From Phoronis australis (Eukaryota > Animalia > Phoronida), in contig NMRA01000921.1 in NCBI GenBank assembly GCA_002633005.1, forward strand, positions 14,740-78,739: a stretch of 64,000 nt of DNA. The letters run 5' to 3'. Both the position numbers and the translations under genes were made by a program. Positions 50,158 through 64,000 of this stretch are shown here, in pieces (the first letter of the stretch is position 1; each line of letters begins with the position of its first letter). Under the pieces are notes generated by a model. That model did not search any database. It had not been told where the DNA came from and saw only the letters and a program-made list of their open reading frames with translations.

Positions 50158-50731
50158 TGTAAGTGCCGACGCACTCTTGTGTTTGTAGTCTGACTATATT
50201 CGCCTTCTGTTGGTGGTTTATGTGTTTCCTCTCCAGCTTCTACCGCGTATATTTTCCACGTGACTAATTCTTCTATAGAATTTTGCATATGTAAAACTGC
50301 TCGGCACACCATAGTTTATAGCTGTAACGCGCGCCAGCTTAGCTCATTCGTGCTTCAACGTCCTTACATGTATTTTGAGTTTTGAGTTTAGTCGTGACCT
50401 ATGCCGCAAATTGGTGTAAGTATTTTGTACTTAGTTTTGTTACAGTATATAGTCAGTACTTCAACGTACACTGTAATTGTAACGCGTACTCTGTAACTTT
50501 AATTAGCGTTGCCTCAAGTAGTTTGACGTTGTCCGAATAAGAATATATGCAATGTTTAATAGTAGTAATGTAACTTTGTAAACGACCAACGTATTGTTCA
50601 ATTGTCTCATAGAACGTTTTTTTTGTATGTTACAGTTGAACGGAGTAACTATAAGAAAGAAACAAATAAAGTTTGTCAACGCAACTTATGCTCGAGTTCT
50701 CCATGCAGCTCTAACGATTTTCGCGACCACA
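50158..50731 (+). repeat. BEL/Pao 5' LTR
   Basis: TGTAAGTGCCGACGCAC...TTTTCGCGACCACA; contains AATAAA at ~50665. Confidence 0.9.
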
Positions 50732-50746
50732 TTGTTGTTCAAACCA

Positions 50747-53700
50747 ATGGCTGAGATGTCAACGCCCACCGCCATTAGCCATGAAGCTGTCAAGCCTAAG
50801 CTAACGGCAACGCAGTATGCCATGGGGTACACCGACGTCGACTTCATACCGAACATACCTGGCGACGTCGACTAAATTATTCCGAACATGCCTGACGAGG
50901 AGTGGAACGACTCGAAAAGCGTGAAGTCGTCATTCTCTGCAAATTCGTCTGTATCTGCTGTGTCATCTAAAACTATGTTAAAACTTTCGAACGCTAAAGC
51001 CAAGAAAGCTGAGCTTGAGGCACGCCTAGCCGCTGCAAAAACTGATCACAAATTGAAGATGAGCATCAAACAATTAGAGCTGGAATTGGAGGAACACAAA
51101 ATTGCTACAGATTTACAAGTTGCTTCATCCTATGAGAAGGGTTTATCTGAAAGTTTATCAGACAGTGTTGTGTCAACCGACTCGCTGTGCTGGACGCATT
51201 TCGTCATTTGACCAATTTCATTAGTTTACCTAATACTGAAGTCCCAAGATTTGAAGGTGATGTATTGGAATACAAAGCTTGGACTTTGGCTTTTGAAGCT
51301 AGGATTGCATCACGCATCACAAGCAATTCTGACAAGCTGTATTATTAAGAACAGCATCTTATCGGTGAGCCTAAACGTCAGATTGGTGGCTGCCTGTACA
51401 TGCATCCAGACTGTAGTTATCAAGCTGCTCGAGATTTGTTAGACAAAGAATATGGTGATCCAGTTAAAGTATCCAATGCTTATGTTGACAGGGTGCTAAG
51501 ATGGCCGTTAATTCGACAAGACGACATTTCCAGTCTTAAGGAGTTAGGTCTATTTCTACAGAAGTGTTCGTGTGCCATGAGAGGTGTTCCTCATTTGGAG
51601 GTATTGAATCATCCGCCGAACTTACAAGCTGTTGTGAGAAAACTTCCGATGTATATGCAGAATGATTGGCGAAAGAAGGTATCTGCCATGGAGAGACTAT
51701 CTCGATCGCCGATGTTTGCTGACCTCGCTATATTCGTCCAGCAGACTTCAGAGACCGCCTGCCATCCAGTTTACGGTAAGGAAGCACTTTCTCGCACACC
51801 AGTATCCAATTCTATGCACCAACAAAAGAAGTCGCCCCGTAACACGTCATTTGCCACTGAGGTGGGTTCTAGTCGCGGATCACATGCCAACCAACGAACA
51901 TTTTGTCCCCTCTGCAACCAACAACATGACTTAGAAAAATGTTCTCGATTTTTGCAGAAGTCTCTTACTGACAGGCGTTCGTTTCTAAAGGACAAGCGTC
52001 TGTGTTTTGCCTGTTTTAGCGCGTCCCACATGTCCAGAGGGTGCAGCAAGAAGAGAACATGTGGACAGTGTAATGGTAAGCATCCAACGACGCTCCACGA
52101 CAATAACTTTCGCATCGGGAATGCAGAAGCTTCAAGAAATACTCAAGCGACCGCTTCAGATGTTGCTACCCAGACGTGTAGTACTAACGCCATTGATGGA
52201 AACGCATCAGTTCTACAGTCTATATTACCAGTACAAGTGCGACAAGGTGATGGTAAAACGATTAACACCTACGCCTTTTATGACAACGGCAGCAGTGCAT
52301 GCTTCATCAAGGAAGATTTGCTCGACAGACTGACTGCGACGTACTACGAAGCTAACTTGCAAATGCATACCATGCACGGACGTGACGTCATCTCTTCTAA
52401 GGTCGTCGAAGGATTAATCGTGAGTGACGCTTGCGGAGAAAATGCTGTGATGTTGCCGAAGGCCTATAGCAGACCAGAGATCTCCGTTAGCCGCGAGCAC
52501 ATTCCCCGCCCAGGTGTATTGAGGCAGTTTCCTCATCTTGCTGAGCTAGCCACCAAGGTTCCAGAGTACTCCCCCAAGTTAGAGATTGGACTTCTGATCG
52601 GCAACAGTTGCCCGGAAGCACTTAAGCCTCGTGATGTATCGTCGACAGTAGATGGAGGTCCGTATGGTGTTCTACTGAAGCATGGGTGGACGGTGAATGG
52701 ACCCATGGAAGCTACGACATGTTACAGTTTGATTTGCAACCGTATTGGTATTAGAGAATTAGTACCGACACCAATGAGCGACAGTACATCCATCTCTTCT
52801 ACAGCTGTCCTGAATGTGTTTGAGAAGGATTTCAGTGATGGTATCGCAGCATTTCCTGACGAAAAGGGCTTATCTTATGAAGACCGACGATTTTTGGAAA
52901 TTGTGGAAACTGGCATTCAACTAAAAGATGGCCACTACGAAGTGCCCTTGCCTTTTCGAAAAAGTAACGTCTCAATGCCGAACAATAGAGATCAAGCTCT
53001 TCAGAGGTTACTGTGGCAACGAAGAAAGATGATAAAGTCCGAACAATATCGCCAAGATTATGTAGACTTCATGAATTCCGTTCTTGAGAAAGGGTACGCC
53101 AGAAAAGTCAAAACGCCTGACATGCTGACTGATCCTGGGCAAGTTTGGTACCTTCCCCACCATGGCGTTTACCACCCGAAGAAGCCTGGAAAGATTAGAG
53201 TGGTTTTCGATTGCAGTGCCAGATATAACGACACTTCTCTCAATGACAGCTTGTTATGTGGCCCTGATTTAATTAATTCTCTTGTTGGTGTGTTAACTCG
53301 TTTCAGAGAGGAGCCTGTAGCTGTGGTCAGTGACATTGAAGCAATGTTCTACCAGGTTAAAGTTCCAGAACGTCACATGAATTTCCTGAGGTTTCTGTGG
53401 TGGCCCAACGGAAACTTTAATGAAGAAGTAAGGGAATACAAGATGACTGTACACATCTTCGGAGCTGTCTCATCACCCAGTGTGTGTAATTACGCCCTCA
53501 AACGTATCACAGAGGACAATCGCTTGCCGGAACCAGTAAGTTACACTATTTGTCAAAACTTTTATGTGGATGACTGCCTGAAATCTGTTTCCACTGAAGA
53601 TGGCGCTGTGCAGCTTGTAAATGAACTTCGTGCCGCATGTGCTGTAGGAGGTTTTCGTCTGACCAAGTTTTTGAGCAATAGTCGTAAGGTTTTGCAGTCA

Positions 53701-56161
53701 ATTCCTGAAATAGAACGTTCTAAAGTTGGTCATGCTGTGAGTATGAATTATGGTGATCTTGCTATTGAGCGTGCCCTCGGAGTACTGTGGTTTGTTTCTT
53801 CAGATGAACTTGGTTTCTCAATCACGCTCAGCTCTAAACCGTTAACGAGAAGAGGTATTCTTTCAACGGTTTCTTCTGTATACGATCCTTTAGGTATTGT
53901 CGCTCCAGTGATACTTCCGGCGAAGAAGATTCTACAGGATCTTTGCAAATTACAGTCGCTTGGTTGGGATGACGACATACCTGATCAGCAGCGGATGTGC
54001 TGGCAACAATGGTTAAAAGAGCTTCCGTGTCTGGAACGCTTGAAGGTTCAGCGCTGCTTGAAGCCTGGCAGTTTTGGTCCAGTTGTGTCTAGTCAAGTAC
54101 ATGTGTTCTCTGACGCAAGTAACATGGGTTACGCATCTTGTGCTTATCTACGCCTTACCAATGCTGAAGGCAGCATACACTGTTCATTTCTAATGGGGAA
54201 AGCTAGGCTGACGCCGATCAAGACGACGACGATCCCACGACTTGAGCTTACCGCCGCCACCATCTCTGTTCGTCTTGGGGAGATGTTATTCCGCCAGCTA
54301 GAAAGAACCCCCGATTCCATTATGTATCATACAGACTCGATGGCAGTACTTCATTTTCTACGTTCAGAAGCGAAGAGATTTCCGGTGTTCATTGCGAACA
54401 GGGTACAGGTCATCAAAGATTTTTCAAACCCGAGCTAGTGGGCGTTTGTGGATACTCGGAGTAATCCGGCCGATATTGGTTCAAGAGGTGTTAAGGCTGA
54501 GAAGTTTATTGCTGATGATAGTTGGTTGAACGGATCTCGATTTTTGTGGCAGCCTGAGAACGAATGGGTAGACCAACCATCCGTGTTCGATCAACCAGGA
54601 GACAACGAGACTGTCAACGCCGCAGTGACATACGTTTCTAGCGATTCTGCATGTTTGCCATTTGATAACCTTATTAACTATTTTTCAGATTGTCACCGTC
54701 TTTGCAGAGCTGTGGTTCATTATCTGAGACTTCGTCAGGTTCTCCTCAACAGAAGTCATGGTACTGTGTCCCATGGGGCGGAGGCAATAAGTGTGGAGGA
54801 GCTCCAGTTAGCTGAGCTCTACATCCTAAAATACACGCTGCGTAAATACTTCACTGCAGAAGTGAACACCTTAGAAAACCGTGGACCGAACAAGCCTGTG
54901 TGACTAAGAACAGCTCTATCCACAGTTTGGATCCGTTTTGGATGACGCAGGGCTGGTTAGAGTTGGTGGTAGACTACGCAAATCCAACTTGCCGTACGAC
55001 CAAATGCATCAGATCCTTCTTCCACGCAGAAGTCATGTCACTACGCTGATAATCCGTCGTCACCACGAACGATTGCAGCACGCAGGCAGGAACCACGTCC
55101 TAGCTGACACGCTTGAAAGGTTTTGGATCATAGCTGGGAATTCTGTAGTTCGCGAGGTCATTAGTAAATCTGTTATGTGTAAGAAGATAAGAGCCCTGGT
55201 GTGTGAGCAGAAGATGTCTGATCTGCCGTTTGCCAGAACAACTGTTGAAGGCCCATTTTGCTTCACAGGTTTGGATCTTTTTGGCCCTTTCTATAAAAAG
55301 GAACGTAGAATAACGCTGAAACGCTACGGAGTTATTTTCACATGTTTGTCCAGTCGTGCAGTACATTTGGAATATGTTAACTCACTTGACACTGATTCAT
55401 TTATTCAGGCACTCAGACGGTTTTTGTGCAGGCGTGGACCAGTTTTGGAGATATGCAACGATAACGGTACCAACTTTGTTGGAGCAGAGGAAGAGCTTCG
55501 CGAAGCGCTTGCCAATATCGACCAGGGCACCATCCATAACGCCGTACTAAAGAAGGGTATAAAGTGGCATATCAATCCTCCTGCTGGCAGTCATATGGGC
55601 GGAGTTTGGGAACGTCAGATACGAACGATCCGAAAGATTCTGGTGCAGCTATTTCATCAGTTCGGTTCTCAAATCGACGACGAAATTTTCCGTACGCTGC
55701 TGTGTGAGACTGAGGACATTATTAACTCACGTCCTCTGACATCCATATCCGACACCCCTGGTGATCAGGAACCATTAACTCCGAGTCACCTGCTGACACT
55801 GAAGTCGACAGTTTTATCACCACCCGGGCAGTTTTTACATACCGACCTGTATTGCCGTAAACGATGGAAACGTGTGCAATATCTCGTGGAACAGCTTTGG
55901 GTCCGGTAGAGACGTGAATATCTCTTGAATTTGCAGAAACGTCAGAAGTGGTTAACGCCAAGAAGGAACCTGCAAGTGGGAGATGTCGTGCTTTTGATGA
56001 ACGAGAATGTGCCAAGAAACCACTGGGACATGGGTCGTGTGATAGCTGTGGAACCTGATTCTTTTGGTGTTGTACGGACCGTGAGAGTCAAGACACAGAT
56101 GACGGAACTTCGACGTCCTGTTTGTAAATGTGTGCTTTTGATTGATAGTGCACTTGATTAG
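50747..56161 (+). pseudogene. BEL/Pao gag-pol polyprotein with stops and frameshifts
   Basis: Cys/His knuckles (CPLC..H..C, CFAC..H..C, CGQC..HPTTLH), protease FYDNGS, RT WYLPHHGV/KIRVVFD/FGAVSSP/FYVDD, RNase H FSDAS/TIPRLEL, and integrase H..H..C, GLDLFGP, DNGTNF, GGVWER. Breaks at ~50875, ~51190, 54438, ~54903 and 55909. Confidence 0.95.
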
Positions 56162-56214
56162 TTATATTTCTTATGAGTTAGTATTTGTTCAGCAACGAAT
56201 TGCTGAGGGCGGAG

Positions 56215-56786
56215 TGTAAGTGCCGACGCACCATTGTGTTTGTAGTCCGACTATATTCGCCATCTGTTGGTGGTTTATGTGTTTGCTTTCCAGCTTCTAC
56301 CGCGTATATTTTCCACGTGACTAATTCTTCAATAGAATTTTGCATATGTATAACTGCTCGGCACACCATAGTTTATAGCTGTAACGCGCGCCAGCTTAGC
56401 TCATTCGTGCTTCAACGTCCTTACATGTATCTTGAGTTTTGAGTTTAGTCGTGATCTATGCCGCAAATTGGTGTAAGTATTTTGTACTTAGTTTTGTTAC
56501 AGTATATAGTCAGTATTTCAACGTAATTGTAACGCGTACTCTGTAACTTTAATTAGCGTTGCCTCAAGTAGTTTGACGTTGTCCGAATAAGAATATATGC
56601 AATGTTTAATATTGGTATTGTAACTTTGTAAACGACCAACGTATTGTTCAATTGTCTCTTAGAACGTTTTTTGTATGTTACAGTTGAACCGAGTAACTAT
56701 AAGAAAGAAACGAATAAAGTTTGTCAACGCAACTTATACAATGTACTCGAGTTCTCCATGTGGCTTTAACGATTTTCGCGACCACA
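56215..56786 (+). repeat. BEL/Pao 3' LTR
   Basis: Direct repeat of 50158-50731 with scattered substitutions and small indels. Confidence 0.9.
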
Positions 56787-57737
56787 CTACATAACGGACA
56801 CGAAATACAATACTTCATTTATGTCAGTTCCGACTCATTTTCAGACACTCATAATAATGGACTGTCAGAGTTCTGGAGTAGTGAACTTTCGAAGGTAGGG
56901 AACCTTCGGAGTAGCGAACCTTAGGAATTGTAGTGATTTTTCTCGAGTATTGAACCTCTGGAATAGCGACGTGTAACTTTGGAAATATCTTGCATCAAAT
57001 TTGTTACTCGTATGAAGTGTGCGAGGCTGTGTACTATTGACACTTATTGACAAGAGAAAACTTTTTTCATTGATTTAAGTTTACATCAGGTCTAGACCTA
57101 ATATTTCCACATACTGTGAACATGCTCGTCGGAGTTTTCCCAGTGCAAAATGATACGGTAGTTAAATGTCTGATGCTAATTGTTTAACCGATTCCACCCA
57201 AATGTAATGTTGTAGCTTCTTGTCACTACCGACGAGAGATAAAAATGACATCTCTTAAAACATTGGGCGCACGGGCTTTAAAATCTTCATTGTTAGTAGC
57301 TAAGCCTTACAACTAGCATTGTGATCTCAGTACAAATTAATATGCAAATTAAAATGATCGTAACAGCTTTTTGTCACAATAAGTTACTTAGAATGTACTT
57401 TGGAATTTTTTTCCAATAGAGGCTGAACAAAGTTCAAGTTAACTATGAAATTCGACATGATTAATTGTTACCATGGCGACTGAGTACCATAAACGCTTCC
57501 TCCTTAAACTAGAATTTGACAAACATGATAACAAATAATATGAAGCTAGCGGGCAGGATTCAAGTAAGCTTCACACTTCATAATCCAAATGTAACCAACA
57601 CCTTCTCATTTGAAATGACCTTTTCTCAAGTAAATGAGCTTCGAAAACAGAACTTAAATTGAATACTTAATAAGGTATTGCCCAGACAATGCCACACTTG
57701 CAAATTCATTAATCGGTCTATCCTATTAAATACATAG

Positions 57738-57784
57738 GGTATACCGCTAGCGTCATTCGTTTGAGTGGTCTATCATATATATAC

Positions 57785-57839
<55 letters not shown>

Positions 57840-57878
57840 ATATACCAGTGACGTCAATCGTTTGAGTGGTCTATCCTA
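57738..57878. repeat. (TA)n microsatellite between two ~37-bp direct repeats
   Basis: G-TATACC...GTCA-TCGTTTGAGTGGTCTATC occurs on both sides of about 25 TA units. Confidence 0.85.
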
Positions 57879-60800
57879 TATTGTTCTTTTGGGATGAGTT
57901 CAGAATAAAGTATAATTTTTTCTGGACAACAGGATTCGCTGCTCATTTTTTCTAGTTCTTGAGCAATTTTACACCTAATGTCATAGTAGTTATCACTTTT
58001 CTTGTGCAGTTACTTCAAATGAAAAAAATCCAATTAGATTGTCATCCAGATTTTTTCTAGTGTTGTCCGATTTGAAGATTGGTTTCCGGTGCCAAATTTT
58101 GCAAGAAATAAGAGTTTTGAAGTCAAATTTCTCAACAACGTGCAGGTCAAACCTATGGAAATGTTTAGATTCGTAAAATATAGTACTTATTGACATTAAA
58201 AACCCCAAAATTATCTGGCTCCCAAAAATGAGCCACGGAAGTGATTTTCTGGACTTCCTACATGTAGAGTCCAATGGCTTAATATATAGGACATAAAAAC
58301 TACTTTCCTTGAGATCCTTTCTAAGACCACAAAATTTGGTCAAATACATGTAGTGTTTACACCTACATAAAGAACATGGGTGGCAAAGTTTAAAGGTTCC
58401 TTTCACGTCGTTTAACTGTCAGTGTCGGCTACTTAACGGATGTGTCAGAGGATTTTGAAACAAGTCGCCCATTGCACTGACAGTTATTGTTCTCACCGTC
58501 GTTTTCGCCCTCTACTGGCAGCGCCTGGTTGCATCCCACAGCCAGTATGAGTACAATCAATATTGCCACGCACTTCATGACTTTTAGTTTTCTGTAATTC
58601 AATGTCAGATCAAGTTACGAAGAAAGAAGATCATAAAAGGAGAAGCAATTATATGAGACATTAATCTCAACCAAAATGCGAATAATCGTCCGCAAATGCT
58701 TCCCCCCTCTATTGAAAAATTATCGTTTTGTATTATCAAGTACAAACTGAAACAACATGGTTGATGCCAGTGTAAAATAACATTTTAAGAAGTTGGTATG
58801 TCGGTGCCTTTTGACGTAGGTTGGAGTATTTTGCACAATATTACATCGATTTGCCCCACCTTGTGGCATCTAATAGAAAGTCGGGATTCTCATGATTCAT
58901 CACTGGAGTCCTAAGGGGCAGCAGTTGGCTAAGGGATCCGGGTTAGTGAGCCTTTCTCAATAACAATAATGAGATTGATGGCACTCTCACATAAATCCTA
59001 TTATTTGGGCACATACCATTATACATGTACAGCCCTTCATGCTGCATATCCAAGTTTTCTTTAGTTCCTACCAAGTCCGATGGTAGCGCTGTTTGTTCTT
59101 TCTCTCCAGCTTCCTGTTGGTCCAGCCTTAAGCAACAGTACATTGACTCGTAAGTTTTCCTAATTAGACAATTTTATACCTCTCCCACCCTTCCTACCAT
59201 GGGTAATTAGTCAACCGATGTGTACCTTTCCCATGCTCACTCCCATTTGTCGAACACAATCTCCTGTTAGTTATTGTTGTTTTTACAGTAACTGTTGGTA
59301 TCTTCTTCAAGCCCGGAGCGTGTTACCGTTAGCCAAGAACCAGTGTCATTGGCTAGCGACCCGACTTGTACTCGAACATCCATTGCTGCAGCTTGCTTCT
59401 CTCAACCCCGCTCACAGCTCTTGGCACATTCTGAGCCACAGCACCACGTTCCTTACAATGTATCTTTTTATCACTCCGGCTGCTCTGCTCACTCACCTTG
59501 TCCGGAACCTGCTTTACAGGTTGTTATAGCCCAGTTGGCCTTTTGGTGCACCCACTTTATATGATATTTGCCTGTTTTGCAGTTTGTACCCACTCGGTAA
59601 TTGTTATTGAATTTGCCGTTGTGTTCGACTCAGTTGGTAGGCAATCGGCCATTACTAATTTGGTATTATGTACCCATTTGGTATTATGCTAACCTGTGCC
59701 ACTTAGTATCTGATATTCAATTACACTTTGGGTATTGGAAATGTGTGTGTTATCTCTTGTAATTAATGAACCCATCTGGTTCCTTCTATGAAATATTTAT
59801 TTGCAGAGCCGTGACCCTGAAATTCCCAATACAACTTAAAATATATGTTATTCTTTGTTTTATTTGTCCCCAATAATATGAAACATGTCTAAAAAAACCT
59901 ACAATTCTAATCTGGTGGGCCCAGTAAGGATATTGACGGAGTGTGCATCGGATGCCAAGTGCGTAGTGTTCAGATGGTCTCTACTGCATTGTATCAACTA
60001 AATAACGAACAGTTAAGAGCCTAAAAATATGTACATGTACTAGATTTCCATTACTACAACAACAACTAAAGAATGTCCAAGGTTTTCCTAGAATTTTACA
60101 CGATGCGGCGAGACGCATTCGTCAATCTCGTTTACCTCGATGTATCGGCATTATGGTTTCTAAAAGAGTCCCTGCATAAGAACATCAGACAAATTGCAAT
60201 ATGATGGGACCGTGATATGTCATGATTTTTAGAATTGATGCATTGCAAATATCCCTTGGGTGAAATATTTCTAAAAATAGAAAAATAGTTTTGTCTCTCG
60301 TCATTTAGTAAATAAACAGCTGCGTGTAATGTCTAATTAGGGTGATGACATTGTTGACATGTTTGAGAGAAAATTAAACCGCTTTGTGGTGGCTTAAAAA
60401 TCTACACATGCTAGATATGGGAATGACAAACCCAAATCAGATTGAATGATTTTTGATATTTTTAACAACTTTTTAATTGTGCGCTCTTTCACCCGCTTAA
60501 AACGGTTATGTACATTTAGACCTCTTTCAAGGGCCATGGAGTCAAAGGCGCAGAACTGCCTACCGTCCTTACGTAGTTCCCACGATAGCCACAGCTTCCT
60601 TCTTTTATCAGATGTCTATATTTCTATGGACAGCACCCAGCTTAATTCCCAAACTTACACTTTGGCGAAGCCACTTTTACCACTAACACCTCAAGGCGCC
60701 AGAAAATGTAGTGCGTATAAACAAAATTACTATAATTGGAAGTAAATTTAATAAAAACAACCGTTGAAAGATTTAGTCAACTTCATCCTATCTGTTTCGA

Positions 60801-63800
60801 ACATTCCATCATCAAATTAATGCGTTAGTGATCTCTATGTAAGAAGTGGAAGGAGGTTCATAAAAGTAGGTCATTATCTCCAGAGAAATTGCTGTTGCGA
60901 TGTTCGGCCTGTGGTCTCGTCGGCCTTGCTCCACGTCATATTCTAGAGCGTTCGACCAAGAACTTTTACCAATACTACGTTATAAGAGATGTCGTCAAAA
61001 GTCTAACAAGTATCAAATTCGTCAGATCACTTGAAAGAATGGGTGGGAATTAATTGGAAATCGGACACGAATCAGGCGCGCACCCAGGGAGCTCGGAAGC
61101 TCGACGGAGCCCCCCCCCCCCCAATTGGCGAAGTGCGCAAAAAGGTTCACCTCAGAGAAACAATGAAGTCCGAAAAATGAGACAAAAGTCCACAGGAATT
61201 AGGCACGAATACACAATTCTTAGGTCTGCACGTAGTATCAAGATTTTGTTTTCAGTAATAGGTCCACATACTGAAAAATTCGAGCCCCCTTTATTTTAGG
61301 CTGGATGTGAGCACGCGAATGATTGGATTCGGTATGGAGTGATCACTGACCTTATGTCCAAAATATCGTAAGCACTGCTAATATCTAGAACATTCGAACA
61401 CAGCAGGCCTGGTAGGCAAGTTACCATGGTTGGAAACGCATTTAGGTTATTGGAGCACACATAAATGTACATGTACCTTTCGCTGATGATGCAACTTGGC
61501 ATGGATTTCATTAATGTAACGTGAATGACAATTCGTCAATGTTTCTACTTTACATTCTTATTCTTTTAAAGTAATAGTAAACTATGCGAGGATTGCCTCC
61601 AATCCTCGTTCTGTCACCTGGATTACCAAGTTACTGGCGTCATACTTCGAAGTTAAATGTATAACAAACCTGGTTTTGGCATATTAACAGATACTAAAAA
61701 CAAATTTTCTATCCACTTCTCTGAAAGAAAATTATGCTCTGTAACCCTTGAGGAAAATCAAAAAAACTCCTTTCAAAGAATACTAAAGGGCAAACGTGGC
61801 CTACGCTTTTAGCAAGTTAAATGCGGTCACAATGTTGAATTCGTTAGATAGTGGGTATGAATTCTCAGTTAATTCCTACTTTTATCTTTCAAGATTGATG
61901 CCACTGATTGAAATCATCAAAGGAAGGAATCAATTAAAATTCATACACCCAATGTCACAATTTGGACATTAGGGTCCTGGGTGGATGGCCTTTTCCCACA
62001 GTTGTCGTGTAATTAGCAAACTTTGAAAAGAGAATAGTTACTTTTGAATGATATGATGAATCGTATTGGACAGGAAAATGCGGTTTTAATGGAAGTCATT
62101 CTTTGTCAATGTAATTTTTATTGATTTAGTGGTTTTGGAACTAATTCTTGCAGATGTAATTATGTTGGTTTAATATGATGGGTGTAATTTGTTTTGCATT
62201 CTGATGTAATTTTGCAGATTTAATTGATGCGGAAGGTAATTTCGGTGGACTTAATTTTGGTGGTTGTAATTTGTTATTGTACATGTGTAATTTTGCACAG
62301 GCAATTCACTGTCAAAGTATATGTAATTTTGAGAATGAAACTTCTATGGATGCAATTGATTGTCGAAGTAAATTTCTGAATAGATATTTGTCTGGTGTAA
62401 TTTTGTTATGAATCTAACTTCTTTTTATAATAGTGGCTGTTTGTAGTAGGTGACTAGTTTAATGTATTTTCCAGAGGTTGCATTCCTTCAAATATTTACT
62501 GAAATGTTTTGAACAGCTTCTTATTTTAGGAAATTCTTGATAGGAATGGAAATCTGTAATGTAACAAAAAGTTCCAAAGGCATTTTAAAGCGTCGTGAAA
62601 ATTTCATTCTGTTTACTACATTAGGATGTATGGTGTTTTCTCTGAAAGGAAAATCACCAACGAGGAAAGTAATATTTTCAGTGTGGAATCGAACCGCATT
62701 GCTCCGTAGTGGCGGCCTTAGGCTCTGCCTCGGAGTTAAATCCCGCACGATACACATGTATAGCGGTGTATTAGAAGGATATTAATGTTAAAGACTTCAG
62801 CCTTGATTTCATCGAATTTCCGGAAGAACGGCGAGAATTGCCGACTTGTAATAAAATCAAAAATACGCAATGGAATTTTTGTGATAGATCTCTGGTACAA
62901 GTTTACAGCTCACGACGTCCATTCAACAATATCGTCGAAAAGGAATGCACGTAACTGGTTATGATCGCTACCGCTAGTGAGTAGTGAGGATAGGGGGCGC
63001 TGAACAGTTAGACTGCGGCCAAAATATTGAAATCTAGGGGTAGGTCAGGCTTGGGGGCACTTTTAGTTAGGTATTGCATGTAGTGCAGGTGAATGTGATT
63101 TGTTTGTATTTGTGAACATGCTGAGATTTAAAAAAGGCCCCTTTCTTGGCTGAAGCACTCTTCTTCATGATGATGGCCCTCTGTTTCTATTGTGCATTAC
63201 TGTGAAGCAACTGAGACATTGGCCTGCTATTTTTGGTAGCCCTCAAACAAGCCAGATTTGCAAAAAAAATAGTTGGTTGATCATACTTATGAATCACATT
63301 TTTGGAATGGGTAGAAAATTTGCTTTCGGATTTAGTGGAGCATCGGCAGGGAAGTTGTGGTTTTGGGGTGAAACGTGGCGATTTTGCATTGTTTGCCGTG
63401 ATTTTTCTTAGTCTAGCTTGGTTTCCACTGGGAGTGAAAGGGTCAAAAATAAAAGAGAGAAGAAAGTTTCAGTGCTCATATGTAGGGCTTGTCATGTGAA
63501 ATGACTCGAAACTTTTTCGTTATTCGCATGCAGTTTTTGGCAGAGTATAGAAAAGGTGAAGAGTTCATTGACGTGTGTTCTGCTAGGCAAACCCCTGTGA
63601 GAACTGTACAGTGCCTCCTAACGGCTTGTGCGAAACGGCACAGATTTCGTCCATTGAAGGTATACGGAGTTGGCGGTCCATGTACTATAGTCTATGCGTG
63701 CAGTAACTTTAAGTATCTTTATCTGCAAGTTTTGAATGAAATTTAGGCCAAAACTCCCATATATGTCAGAATGTTTAATAGCGGAGTTGCAACGCCGCCA

Positions 63801-64000
63801 TATTGGAAATGGGTCAGAATGTTGCATTGTGGTTAAGCTGGTAAACAAGTACGTCGGCAAGCGTGGGGGCGAACCGGCCACAGGGAGGTTATACGTGTTG
63901 TGTGCCTGGCATGCTATAATACCAGTTGGCGAAATAAAAAATTTAGTTACTACCTGTTTCCCAAGGATCAAGAACTGCGTTAAACATGGGTCAGAGACAT

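Larger units (their letters stand above)
50158..56786 (+). mobile_element. BEL/Pao LTR retrotransposon, near full-length, degenerate
   Basis: Two ~570-bp highly similar LTRs (TGTAAG...ACCACA), PPT GAGGGCGGAG before the 3' LTR, and an internal gag-PR-RT-RH-IN reading frame. Confidence 0.95.

Noticed and set aside
58943-59143. NLDMQHEGLYMY resembling an Ig E-F strand (possible missing V exon of gene B)
   Set aside because: No B- or C-strand motifs and no phase-1 splice sites. The region looks more like LTR or promoter-type non-coding DNA. The gene B V exon was not found in this window.
58729-59833. Possible solo LTR (TGTATT...AATACA)
   Set aside because: No TSD and no second copy in the window to define the boundaries.

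Overview
AT-rich, repeat-dense animal (probably marine invertebrate) genomic DNA with two assembly gaps (2935-3799, 29040-29746) and several single-n joins. Most of the ORF track is noise. Reading the minus strand for splice sites reveals pieces of two tandem immunoglobulin-superfamily genes, with every exon in phase 1. Gene B has a C2-type Ig exon (43583-43260), a 36-nt micro-exon, a decayed Ig pseudo-exon, then at least five tandemly duplicated 30-36-nt stalk micro-exons (DTIKPTESGEGG-like; three carry Ser-Gly-x-Gly glycosaminoglycan-type motifs), and a terminal exon that looks like a GPI-anchor signal (19649-19567). Gene A, further downstream, has a V-type Ig exon lacking both canonical cysteines (6942-6574). 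The introns hold a near-full-length but degenerate BEL/Pao LTR retrotransposon (50158-56786) and a Gypsy remnant interrupted by two CCC...GGG (CMC/EnSpm-like) elements. They also hold Helentron/HINE-like satellite-core elements, a Penelope GIY-YIG remnant, and a compact palindromic element with inverted hammerhead-ribozyme motifs flanking a Pol III (tRNA-like) promoter. All calls come from manual reading; no alignments or database searches were run.
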